Positions 17,966-26,106 of a stretch of 64,000 bases of DNA are shown here, piece by piece. Numbering within the stretch: position 1 is the first letter of the stretch; every line of letters starts with the position of its first letter. Both the position numbers and the translations under genes were made by a program. The notes below the pieces were generated by a model. It was not told the DNA's origin. It saw only the letters and a list, made by a program, of their open reading frames with translations, and did not search any database. The stretch lies in contig DASUDP010000118.1 in NCBI GenBank assembly GCA_036275535.1, positions 11,612 through 75,611 of the forward strand, given 5' to 3'. The stretch is from Acidimicrobiales bacterium (GTDB taxonomy: Bacteria > Actinomycetota > Acidimicrobiia > Acidimicrobiales > VFJN01).

Positions 17966-19165
17966 CTAGAGGCGCTCGACGATCATGGCCATGCCCTGGC
18001 CGCCGCCCACGCACATCGACTCGAGGCCGTAGCGGCCGCCGGAGTCCTCCAGGCCGTTGAGCAGCGTGGTCATGATGCGGGCGCCGGTCATCCCGAAGGG
18101 GTGGCCGAGGGCGATGGAGCCGCCGTTGGGGTTCAGCTTCTCGAGGTCGATCCCGAGGTGCTTGGCCGAGGGCAGGACCTGGGCCGCAAAGGCCTCGTTG
18201 ATCTCGACGATGTCGATGTCGTCGATGGTGAGCTTGGCCCGCTGCAGCGCCATGCGGCATGCCTCGATCGGTCCCAGGCCCATGATCTCGGGGTTGAGGC
18301 CGGTCACGCCGGTCGACACGATGCGGGCCAGGGGCTGGATGCCGAGCTCGTTGGCCCGGGTGTCGCTCATCACCACCACGGCGGCGGCGCCGTCGTTGAG
18401 GGGGCAAGCGTTCCCCGCCGTGACCTTGCCGTCGGGGCGGAACACCGGCTTCAGCTCGGCCAGCTTCTCGGCGGTGGTGCCGGCGCGGGGGCCGTCGTCC
18501 TTGGCCACGACCGTGCCGTCGGGCAGCGTCACCGGGGTGATCTCCCGGTCGAAGAACCCGTTCTCCTGGGAGGCGACCGCCCGCTGCTGCGAGCGCGCTC
18601 CCCACTCGTCCATGTCCTCGCGGGTGACGCCCTCGGCCAGGACGACGTTCTCGGCCGTCTGGCCCATGGCGATGTAGATGTCCGGGAGGCCGGCCGGCGG
18701 CTCCCAGCTGTCGGCGCCCTGGGTGCGCTCGGCGGTGCGGGCCTCGGCGGCCGCGAAGAGCTCGTTGTGGGGGCCCACGTCCGAGGCGCCGTTCTTGAAG
18801 CGGCTGACCGTCTCCACGCCGCCAGCCACGAACACGTCGCCCTCACCGGCCTTGATGGCGTGGGCCGCCATGCGGATCGTCTGCAGGGACGACGAGCAGT
18901 ACCGGTTGACGGTGACGCCGGGGGCGTCGGGCAGGCCGGCCAGGAGAGCGGCCACGCGGCCGATGTTGTAGCCCGCCTCGCCGGCCGGCTGACCGCAGCC
19001 CCAGATGACGTCCTCGACCGTCTGCGGGTCGAGGTTCGGGACCTTCTCCAGGAGGGCCTTGATGATGTGGCCGGACAGGTCGTCGGGCCGGCAGTCGACG
19101 AGGCTGCCCTTGTTGGCCCGTCCGATTGGCGTGCGGGCGGTGGCGATGATGACGGCTTCGGGCAT
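17966..19165 (-). CDS. Acetyl-CoA C-acetyltransferase (thiolase)
   Basis: 'MPEAVIIATARTPIGRANKGSL', active-site Cys context 'VNRYCSSSLQ', C-terminal 'NPNGGSIALGHPFGMTGAR' and 'CVGGGQGMAMIVE'. RBS GAGGAGG precedes ATG (19165). Confidence 0.92.
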   Translation of the reverse strand: MPEAVIIATARTPIGRANKGSLVDCRPDDLSGHIIKALLEKVPNLDPQTVEDVIWGCGQPAGEAGYNIGRVAALLAGLPDAPGVTVNRYCSSSLQTIRMAAHAIKAGEGDVFVAGGVETVSRFKNGASDVGPHNELFAAAEARTAERTQGADSWEPPAGLPDIYIAMGQTAENVVLAEGVTREDMDEWGARSQQRAVASQENGFFDREITPVTLPDGTVVAKDDGPRAGTTAEKLAELKPVFRPDGKVTAGNACPLNDGAAAVVVMSDTRANELGIQPLARIVSTGVTGLNPEIMGLGPIEACRMALQRAKLTIDDIDIVEINEAFAAQVLPSAKHLGIDLEKLNPNGGSIALGHPFGMTGARIMTTLLNGLEDSGGRYGLESMCVGGGQGMAMIVERL

Positions 19166-19191
19166 GGAGCCCCTCCTCAGGCGGTCCGGCA

Positions 19192-19212
19192 GATGCAGCG
19201 ACAGTCTGCATC
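19192..19212. promoter_or_regulatory. Inverted repeat GATGCAG-N7-CTGCATC upstream of the thiolase
   Basis: Perfect 7-bp arms in the divergent intergenic region between the thiolase gene and 19318... Candidate operator only. Confidence 0.2.
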
Positions 19213-19317
19213 CCCTGCTGGTGACGGGTCGACTCGCCGCCCCCGGGCCTCCTCCGGGTTTGCCGGTGTGGGCCAGCGGGAAGACGCGCCACACGGGCTC
19301 TCCCAAGGAGGATCGCC

Positions 19318-20031
19318 ATGCGGCTCTTGCACCGAGACAGCACTGAAACCACCCAGCGCGTCGACGAGCGCGACACCGACACCGGCCATCGCACCGACGT
19401 CGTCGATCTCCGGGACCGCGACGCCTCCTACGGACCGGACGACACGCTGGTGACCGAGCGCCGGGACACCGAGGTGGTCGACAGCGTCGACCGAGACCGG
19501 CTCGACCGCACCGACACCGAGCGCGAGATCGATCGTGACGCCACCACGCCGGCCATGATCCGGGAGCGCACCTGGACCTTCGCCCCGGGCCAGCTCGTCT
19601 CGCTAGTCGCCGGTGGCGCGCTGGCCGTCGTCGGCGCCATCGCCCTCGCTCGTGCTGGGATGAGCACTCCCCTCGATTCGCCGGTCGTCGACGTCCTCGG
19701 CTGGAACCACACCGCCTGGCTCGGCATCGCCGAGCTCGGACTGGGCGCGGTGCTGATGCTGGTCGGCACCGGCGCCTGGGGCCGCCCCCTCAGCGTCCTG
19801 CTCGGCGCCGCCACCGTCGTGGCGGGTGTCCTCGTCCTGGCCGAGGCCGGCTCGATGCCCGAGGAGCTGGCCCTCGAGAAGAGCTTCGGCTGGCCCCTCA
19901 TCGCCCTCGGCGCCGTCGTCGCCCTCGCCGCCATGGCCCTCCCGGTCTGGCGCACCAACCACACCAACGTCCGCACCATGGACCTGCGTGGCGAGGAGCA
20001 CTCTCGCCGCCACTTCTGGTCCCGACACTGA
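19318..20031 (+). CDS. Hypothetical membrane protein with highly charged D/R/T/E-rich N-terminal region
   Basis: Strong RBS 'aaggagga' before ATG 19318. The N-terminal region of about 90 aa reads 'RVDERDTDTGHRTDVVDLRDRDAS...DRDRLDRTDTEREIDRD', followed by four predicted TM helices. No family recognised. Confidence 0.6.
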   Translation: MRLLHRDSTETTQRVDERDTDTGHRTDVVDLRDRDASYGPDDTLVTERRDTEVVDSVDRDRLDRTDTEREIDRDATTPAMIRERTWTFAPGQLVSLVAGGALAVVGAIALARAGMSTPLDSPVVDVLGWNHTAWLGIAELGLGAVLMLVGTGAWGRPLSVLLGAATVVAGVLVLAEAGSMPEELALEKSFGWPLIALGAVVALAAMALPVWRTNHTNVRTMDLRGEEHSRRHFWSRH

Positions 20032-20051
20032 GCTGATCTCACCACCCCCAC

Positions 20052-20082
20052 GGTGCCCTCGCCCCCCACCGGCGAGGGCACC
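20052..20082 (+). terminator. Perfect 12-bp stem-loop after the 19318..20031 gene
   Basis: ggtgccctcgcc / ggcgagggcacc with a 7-nt loop, 21 nt after the stop codon. Confidence 0.5.
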
Positions 20083-20255
20083 GTCGCGTGCGGAGAGCGA
20101 CACGCGTGCGCAAGACGACCGCCGACGTCGCGGTGCGCACGGGAGCGGTCGCGCCCGTCGGCGCCGTCGCGTGCGGAGGTCGCGCCCGTCGGCGCCGTCG
20201 CGTGCGGAGAGCGACAGGCGTACGCATTGCGACGGCCGGCGTCGGGTTGCGCACG
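20083..20255. repeat. Intergenic repeat cluster: perfect 31-bp tandem duplication flanked by two imperfect 59-nt copies
   Basis: The 31-mer 'gtcgcgcccgtcggcgccgtcgcgtgcggag' occurs at 20148-20178 and again, perfectly, at 20179-20209. The 13-mer 'gtcgcgtgcggag' occurs at 20083, 20166 and 20197. The 59-nt unit 20083-20141 is repeated imperfectly at 20197-20255. Each unit contains a cgtgcgca...tgcgcacg hairpin. Confidence 0.8.
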
Positions 20256-20293
20256 CGTCGGGTGGGGGGCGAGCGGGTGCCTAGCCTGAGCGG

Positions 20294-21139
20294 ATGAGCG
20301 AGGAGCACTGGAGCGGGGAGCGGGTGCGGCTGTGGCTGGCGCAAGCGGAGCGGCTGGATCGCCAGCTGGTGCCGGTGTCCCGGCTCCTGTTCGAGGGGGC
20401 GGCGCTCCGAGCCGGGGAGCGCGTGCTCGACGTGGGGTGCGGGGCGGGGCCTACCACGAGGGCGGCGGCCGAGGCGGTCGGCCGGGAGGGGCGGGTGGCC
20501 GGCATCGACGTGTCGGCCGAGATGCTCGACGCCGCCCGGGGCGTGCCCACCGCCGCCGGGGCGGCACCGATCGATTGGATCAAGGCCGACGTCGCGACCT
20601 GGGCGCCGCAGCTGGAGCCGGTCCACGTCGTCATCTCGCGGTTCGGGGTCATGTTCTTCGATGACCCCGCTGCCGCGTTCGCCAACCTGGCGGCAGCCAC
20701 GACCCCGGAAGGGAGGCTCTGCGCGATGGTGTGGGACCGCCGGGACCGCAGCCAGTTGTTCCAGGTCCCGCTGGCCGTCGCCACCGAAGTGCTCACCGCG
20801 CTCGGGCAACCGCCTGAGGTCCCTCCGGTCGACGAGGCCGCCTTCTCGCTGCACGACCCCGCCCACGTGGTGCCGCTCCTGGAGGGCAGCGGGTGGCGGG
20901 ACGTCACCCATGAGCCGCTCGCCATCCAGGTGCACCTGGGCGGAGGCCTGACGCCGGCCCAGGCTTCGGAAGTAGCGCTCGGCGTGGGCCCGTCACGGGT
21001 GGTGATGACCGGCATCGACGACGACGCCCGCCGGCAGGTCCTCGACGCCATGGCCGTGGCGCTGGCCGACCACGTCGACCCGGACGGCCACGTGGTGCTC
21101 GGCGCGTCCGTGGTGCGGCTGACCGCCCGTCGCGGGTGA
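20294..21139 (+). CDS. Class I SAM-dependent methyltransferase
   Basis: Motif I 'VLDVGCGAGPTT', and 'DWIKADVATW...HVVISRFGVMFF' typical of Methyltransf_11/25-like proteins. Confidence 0.8.
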   Translation: MSEEHWSGERVRLWLAQAERLDRQLVPVSRLLFEGAALRAGERVLDVGCGAGPTTRAAAEAVGREGRVAGIDVSAEMLDAARGVPTAAGAAPIDWIKADVATWAPQLEPVHVVISRFGVMFFDDPAAAFANLAAATTPEGRLCAMVWDRRDRSQLFQVPLAVATEVLTALGQPPEVPPVDEAAFSLHDPAHVVPLLEGSGWRDVTHEPLAIQVHLGGGLTPAQASEVALGVGPSRVVMTGIDDDARRQVLDAMAVALADHVDPDGHVVLGASVVRLTARRG

Positions 21140-21184
21140 GCGTCGTCGACCGAGCTATCGCACCGGCTGCCTAGCCTCGGGTCG

Positions 21185-22585
21185 ATGTCGCTCTTCGACG
21201 ATCCCAACGTGGGCACCGTCCCCGAGCCCACGTTCTCGGTGGGCGAGCTCAGCGATGCCATCGGGCACGCCCTCCGGGCCAGCTTCCGGGACGAGCTGTG
21301 GGTGCGGGGCGAGATCCACGACCTCTCACGACCCGCCTCGGGGCACGTGTACCTCACCCTCGTCGAGCAGCGCGACGACGGGACCAAGGCGTCGATCTCG
21401 GTGATGCTCTCCGCCGCCAACAAGGTGGCGGTCAACCGAGCCCTCACCCGGGCCGGCGGCGCTGTCCGGATGGTCGACGGCACCGAGGTGCGCATCCGGG
21501 GCCGGCTCGACTGGTACGGCCCCCGCGGCCAGCTGCAGCTGCGGATGACGGCCATCGACCCGGCGTACACGCTCGGCCAGCTCGAGGTGGCCCGAGCCGA
21601 GCTGCTGGCCCGGCTCCAGGCCGAGGGTCTGCTCGGTCGCAACGCGGCCCTGGACCTTCCCGTCGTGCCGCTGCGGGTCGGCCTCGTGACGAGCCGCGGC
21701 AGCGCCGCCGAAGCCGACTTCCTCGACGAGCTCACCCGCAGCGGACTGGCGTTCCACGTCATCGCCGTGGACGTGCGGGTGCAGGGCTCGGGGGCGCCCC
21801 GAGCCATCGCCCGGGGCATCGCCAGCGCCGCCGGCCGAGCCTGCGACGTGATCGCTGTGGTGCGGGGCGGCGGCGCCCGCACGGACCTGGCCGCCTTCGA
21901 CGACGAGCAGGTCGCCCGCGCTATCGCGGGATCCCCGGTGCCCGTGATCACGGGCATCGGCCACGAGATCGATCGGTCGGTGGCCGACGAGCTGGCCCAC
22001 ACAGCCGAGAAGACCCCCACCGCCTGCGCCCAGCTCCTCGTCACCCGGGTGGCCGAGCACCTCGGCCGCGTCGAGGAGGTGTGGGCGCTGATCGCCCGCC
22101 TCGCCCAGCGAGACCTCACCAACCACGACGCCGTCCTGCGGAGCCATGCCCGCCGGGCCGAGCGCAGCGTGCGGGCCTGCCTGGCCGAAGGCGACCGGCG
22201 GCTCGACGCCCACGCCGCCCGGGCCCGTCGAGCCGGCGTCGTGGCCACGGCCCGGGCCGAGCAGCGGCTCGGGCGTGACCTCGGGCGCCTCACCGGTGCA
22301 TCGCGGATCCGGGTGCGGGACGCCACCGGGGCGGTCGACGGGGCCGAGCGCCGGCTGGTCGCCCGGGCCCCGCGCGCCCTCACCGAGGCCGACCGGGCGC
22401 TGAGCGCCGTGGAGGCCCGGGTGCGGGCCCTCGACCCCCAGGCGGCGCTGGCCCGGGGCTGGTCGATCACCACCACGACCGACGGGCGGGTGGTCCGCGA
22501 CCCCGGCGACCTGGCCCCCGGCGACACGCTGATCACCCGTCTCGCCGGCGGCGAGGTGCGGTCTACGGTGGACGGCGATGGCTGA
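21185..22585 (+). CDS. xseA: Exodeoxyribonuclease VII large subunit
   Basis: N-terminal OB fold 'FSVGELSDAIGHALRASFRDELWVRGEIHDLSRPASGHVYLTL'. 'VITGIGHEIDRSVAD'. Overlaps xseB by 8 nt. Confidence 0.92.
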   Translation: MSLFDDPNVGTVPEPTFSVGELSDAIGHALRASFRDELWVRGEIHDLSRPASGHVYLTLVEQRDDGTKASISVMLSAANKVAVNRALTRAGGAVRMVDGTEVRIRGRLDWYGPRGQLQLRMTAIDPAYTLGQLEVARAELLARLQAEGLLGRNAALDLPVVPLRVGLVTSRGSAAEADFLDELTRSGLAFHVIAVDVRVQGSGAPRAIARGIASAAGRACDVIAVVRGGGARTDLAAFDDEQVARAIAGSPVPVITGIGHEIDRSVADELAHTAEKTPTACAQLLVTRVAEHLGRVEEVWALIARLAQRDLTNHDAVLRSHARRAERSVRACLAEGDRRLDAHAARARRAGVVATARAEQRLGRDLGRLTGASRIRVRDATGAVDGAERRLVARAPRALTEADRALSAVEARVRALDPQAALARGWSITTTTDGRVVRDPGDLAPGDTLITRLAGGEVRSTVDGDG

Positions 22586-22835
22586 CACCACCGACGAGAC
22601 GATCGGCTACGGCGAGGCTCTGGCCGAGCTCGAAGGGATCCTCGACGAGATCGAGGACGACGCCGTCGACGTCGATGTGCTGGCCACCCGGGTGAAGCGG
22701 GCGGCCGAGCTGCTCCGGATCTGCCGGGACCGGATCACGGCGGCCCGCATCGAGGTCACCCAGATCGTGGCCGACCTCGACCCGACCGCGCTGACCGACG
22801 CCGAGGTCGACCAGCCCGCGGCCGCCGGCGAGTAG
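22578..22835 (+). CDS. xseB: Exodeoxyribonuclease VII small subunit
   Basis: 85 aa. 'YGEALAELEGILDEIEDDAVDVDVLATRVKRAAELLRICRDRI' is typical of XseB, and it is coupled to xseA. Confidence 0.9.
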   Translation: MADTTDETIGYGEALAELEGILDEIEDDAVDVDVLATRVKRAAELLRICRDRITAARIEVTQIVADLDPTALTDAEVDQPAAAGE

Positions 22836-22838
22836 CCC

Positions 22839-23279
22839 TCAGGCCTCCGGGCCGAGGTGCACGATGCCGTCGTCGTCCACCCCCCAGCCGGGGTTGTGGG
22901 CGATCTCCCACCGGAAGCCGTCGGGGTCCGCCACGTAGGCGTGGTACCCGAAGAAGGTGTGCTGCGGCTCCTTCAGTACGGTGCCCCCGGCGTCGACGGC
23001 CAGCGCCACGGCAGCGTCCACCTCAGCCTCGCTGCCCAGGTTGTGGGCCATCGCCATGCGGCCCAGGCCGTCTCCAGCGTCAGCGGCGTCCACCCCCACG
23101 TCGGCGGCCAGCGCCGCCGCTCCCCAGAGCGCCAGCAGCACCCCGGGGGCCACCTGCAGGAAGCAGACCTCGCCCTCGAGCTCGAAGGTCGGCTCCCACC
23201 CCAGCCCCTCGACGTAGAAGCGGCGGGCGACCGACACGTCAGCCACCCCGAGCGTCACGAAGTGCAGTCGCTGGTCCAT
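22839..23279 (-). CDS. VOC (glyoxalase/bleomycin-resistance/dioxygenase) family protein
   Basis: 'MDQRLHFVTLGVADVSVARRFYVEGLGWEP...' and C-terminal 'YHAYVADPDGFRWEIAHNP'. Confidence 0.8.
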   Translation of the reverse strand: MDQRLHFVTLGVADVSVARRFYVEGLGWEPTFELEGEVCFLQVAPGVLLALWGAAALAADVGVDAADAGDGLGRMAMAHNLGSEAEVDAAVALAVDAGGTVLKEPQHTFFGYHAYVADPDGFRWEIAHNPGWGVDDDGIVHLGPEA

Positions 23280-23335
23280 GCCCCGAGCCTCGCCCAGCGG
23301 AGGTCGTCCGTCCACCGCCTACGATCGGCCCGGAG

Positions 23336-24400
23336 ATGGACCGCCCCCCCGTCACCGTCCCGCCGAGCCTGCTCACCGTGGCCCAGCGCGTCGAAGCCCG
23401 CCTCGACGCGCTGTTCGAGCAGGAGATCGCTCGCTGGGGCGAGCTGAGCGCCGACCTCGTCCCCCCACTGGAGTCGCTCCGCGACCTGGTGATGGGCGGC
23501 GGCAAGCGGCTCCGACCGGCCTTCTGCTACTGGGCCTACCTCGGCGCCGGAGGCGACCCGGCCGGCGGGGAGGTGATCGACGCTGGCGCCGCCTTCGAGA
23601 TGCTCCAGGCCTTCGCCCTCGTGCACGACGACGTGATGGACGGCTCCGCCGTCCGCCGGGGCTCGCGCACCGCGCACCTCACCTACGGCGACCGTCACAC
23701 CGACGACGGCTGGCGGGGCGAGGCCCGCCGCTTCGGCGAGGGGGTGGCGATCCTGATCGGCGATCTGGCCCACGTCTACGCCGACCAGCTCCTCCCCCGC
23801 CGTCTGGGCGACGTGCAGCGGGTGTGGGACGAGCTGCGCATCGAGCTGAACGCCGGGCAGTACCTCGACCTGCTCGGGACGGCCCGTGCCGACATCGACC
23901 CCGAGGCGGCCCGCCGCATCGCCCGCTACAAGTCGGGCAAGTACACGATCGAGCGCCCGCTCCACCTGGGCGCCGCCCTGGCCGGCCAGCTGGGCCCCCT
24001 CCAGGAGGTGCTCTCGGCCTATGGCGACCCGCTCGGGGAGGCCTTCCAGCTCCGGGACGACCTGCTGGGCGCCTTCGGGGAGGAGCACCGCACTGGCAAG
24101 CCCGTCGGCGACGACCTGCGGGAGGGCAAGCCCACGCCGCTGCTGGCGGCAGCCGCGACGCGCGCCGACGCCGCCCAGGCGGCCGTGCTGGCCGACGTCG
24201 GGCGGCCGGACATCGACGACGCCGGCATCGCCGCCATCCAGGAGGTGCTGACCGACACCGGGGCGGTGACGGCCATCGAGGCCTCGATCGACTCGCTCAC
24301 GGAGGCGGCCCTCGCTGCCATCGGCAGCGCGGACATCACCGAGGAGGCCCGCACGGCCCTGGTCGAGCTGGCCCACTTCGTGGCCTGGCGGGCCACGTAG
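23336..24400 (+). CDS. Polyprenyl (geranylgeranyl-type) diphosphate synthase
   Basis: First Asp-rich motif 'LVHDDVMDG', second 'FQLRDDLLG', plus 'GKRLRP' and 'KSGKYT'. Confidence 0.9.
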   Translation: MDRPPVTVPPSLLTVAQRVEARLDALFEQEIARWGELSADLVPPLESLRDLVMGGGKRLRPAFCYWAYLGAGGDPAGGEVIDAGAAFEMLQAFALVHDDVMDGSAVRRGSRTAHLTYGDRHTDDGWRGEARRFGEGVAILIGDLAHVYADQLLPRRLGDVQRVWDELRIELNAGQYLDLLGTARADIDPEAARRIARYKSGKYTIERPLHLGAALAGQLGPLQEVLSAYGDPLGEAFQLRDDLLGAFGEEHRTGKPVGDDLREGKPTPLLAAAATRADAAQAAVLADVGRPDIDDAGIAAIQEVLTDTGAVTAIEASIDSLTEAALAAIGSADITEEARTALVELAHFVAWRAT

Positions 24401-24413
24401 CGGCGGCGACGAC

Positions 24414-25118
24414 CTACTCGCCGGGGGCGCTGTCGGGGGCGGCGGCGAAGCGGGCCAGCGCGTCGGCCAGCGTCGACTTGGCCACGCCCGGCTCCCGCAC
24501 GACCGCCTCCAGCCACGGCGGCCGGTTGAGCCCGACGGCCACGATCGCGATGTCGAGGCCGGAGCGGATGGCGGCCTGGCGGGCGAAGGTGGCGGCGTAG
24601 TCGGGCGGGCGGATGTCGCCGGCCAGCTCGTGGACGGCCCACGGGTCCGGCGTGCCCCCGGGCGGCGGCGGCCCGACCACCGACGTGATGGCGGGCGAGG
24701 GCGGCGTGGGCGAACCGCCGGCCAGACCGGGCCCGTCGGCCAGGATGGCTCCCCGCACGAGCTCCGGCCGGGCCCCGGCAATGAGCAGGCCGACGTAGGC
24801 CCCGAGGCCTCGGCCGTGGACGGTCACCGGGCCGAGGTGGGCGATGGCGGCGTCGACGTCGCCCATGAGGGCCTCGCAGAGGTAGCCCCCTCCGGTGGCG
24901 GTGTCGGAGTCCCCATGGCCGGAGAGGTCGAGCGCCCACACCGGGCCCGGCCAACCGGCGAGGTGCGTCGGCACGGTGACCGGGGACCGCTCGGCCAGGC
25001 CGTGCAGCAGGAGCAGCGGCCGGCCGTCGCCGTCGCGCAGGTGGTGGAGGGCCAGGCGCAGCTTGTTGTGCCGCAGGTAGGTCGGCATCCGCACCGGGCG
25101 CCCGACGGTCTCCGTCAT
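24414..25118 (-). CDS. Alpha/beta-hydrolase-fold protein lacking the nucleophile serine (G-R-G-L-G elbow)
   Basis: 'PLLLLHGLAE', 'LDLSGHGDSD', then 'VTVHGRGLGAYVGLLIAG' where GxSxG is expected. Its start overlaps the stop of the upstream hydrolase (ATGA at 25115-25118). Confidence 0.7.
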   Translation of the reverse strand: MTETVGRPVRMPTYLRHNKLRLALHHLRDGDGRPLLLLHGLAERSPVTVPTHLAGWPGPVWALDLSGHGDSDTATGGGYLCEALMGDVDAAIAHLGPVTVHGRGLGAYVGLLIAGARPELVRGAILADGPGLAGGSPTPPSPAITSVVGPPPPGGTPDPWAVHELAGDIRPPDYAATFARQAAIRSGLDIAIVAVGLNRPPWLEAVVREPGVAKSTLADALARFAAAPDSAPGE

Positions 25119-26038
25119 GCCAGGTGCTCCAGGATCTGGTCGGCCACGAATCGCGGCTGCTCGACGTGCACGAAGTGACCCGTGCCCTCCATCGTCACGA
25201 GGCGACCGCCCGGCGGCAGGTTGGGCTCGACGTCCTCGGGGAGCGTGCCCCAGCCGATGGCCTCGACCTCCAACCCGAGGAGGGCCAGGAAGGGGACGCC
25301 GATGTTGGGGAGGCGCATCATCGACCACTCCGGCCGCCACGGACCGAACCCGCCGAAGCGCAGCGACGGGTCGGTGCGCCAGCGCCAGCCGTCGTGGTCG
25401 CGGCGGGCGCCGACGGTGACGAGGTACTCGAGCCACGCCTCCTCGAGCCGGGGGTTTGTCCGTCCGCGGCGGGCGGCCAAGTCCTCGATCGTCCCGGGAC
25501 GGCGCTCCTTGCCGGCGAGGCTGCGACGGTGGTCGAGCCAGCCGGAGAGCTCCTGGGCCATGAGCTTGGTGCGCAGGTGGTCGGCGACGTCGGGGAACCC
25601 GCGGCGCGACGGCAGGCCGTCGAGGTTCACCAGGTGGCTCACCCGGTGCGGCAGGGCGTCGGTCAGCTGCAGCATCTGGCTGCCGCCCTTCGAGTGGCCC
25701 ACCACCGGCACGGGGTGCGGCGACACCGAGTCGAACACGGCGACGGCGTCGCGCAGATCCGTGTCCCAGCTGTAGAGCGCGGCGTGCTCCGACTCTCCGT
25801 GGCCCCGGTGGTCCCACGCCACCACCCGGTAGCCGCCGTCGGCCAACATCGGGGCCAGGACGTCGAAGGTGCGGGCGAAGTCGAGGCCTCCGTGGGACAG
25901 CAGCAGCGGCGGGGCGTCGGCGTCGCCCCACTCGTGGACGGCGATGGCCAGCCCGTTGCTGTCGACGGTCCGGCGACGATCCGGCGGTCGGGCCCCCGGG
26001 TACGTCCTCGTCTCGGGAGCGTCGTCGCCACCGTGCAT
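25115..26038 (-). CDS. Alpha/beta hydrolase
   Basis: 'PPLLLSHGGLDFARTFD', 'WDHRGHGESE', canonical elbow 'VVGHSKGGS', C-terminal 'GTGHFVHVEQP' (catalytic His context). ATG 26038 chosen inside ORF 25115..26101. Confidence 0.8.
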   Translation of the reverse strand: MHGGDDAPETRTYPGARPPDRRRTVDSNGLAIAVHEWGDADAPPLLLSHGGLDFARTFDVLAPMLADGGYRVVAWDHRGHGESEHAALYSWDTDLRDAVAVFDSVSPHPVPVVGHSKGGSQMLQLTDALPHRVSHLVNLDGLPSRRGFPDVADHLRTKLMAQELSGWLDHRRSLAGKERRPGTIEDLAARRGRTNPRLEEAWLEYLVTVGARRDHDGWRWRTDPSLRFGGFGPWRPEWSMMRLPNIGVPFLALLGLEVEAIGWGTLPEDVEPNLPPGGRLVTMEGTGHFVHVEQPRFVADQILEHLA

Positions 26039-26106
26039 GGCCCACCTTGACCGGCCGGTCAAGGGAGGTGCAAGCCCGCTGCTCCGCACCAGTAGCCTCA
26101 CCGCCG

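Noticed and set aside
20148-20209. Possible CRISPR array, suggested by the perfect 31-bp direct repeat.
   Set aside because: Only two copies are present, they are directly adjacent with no spacers, and there are no cas genes in the window. It is a tandem duplication inside a larger repeat structure.
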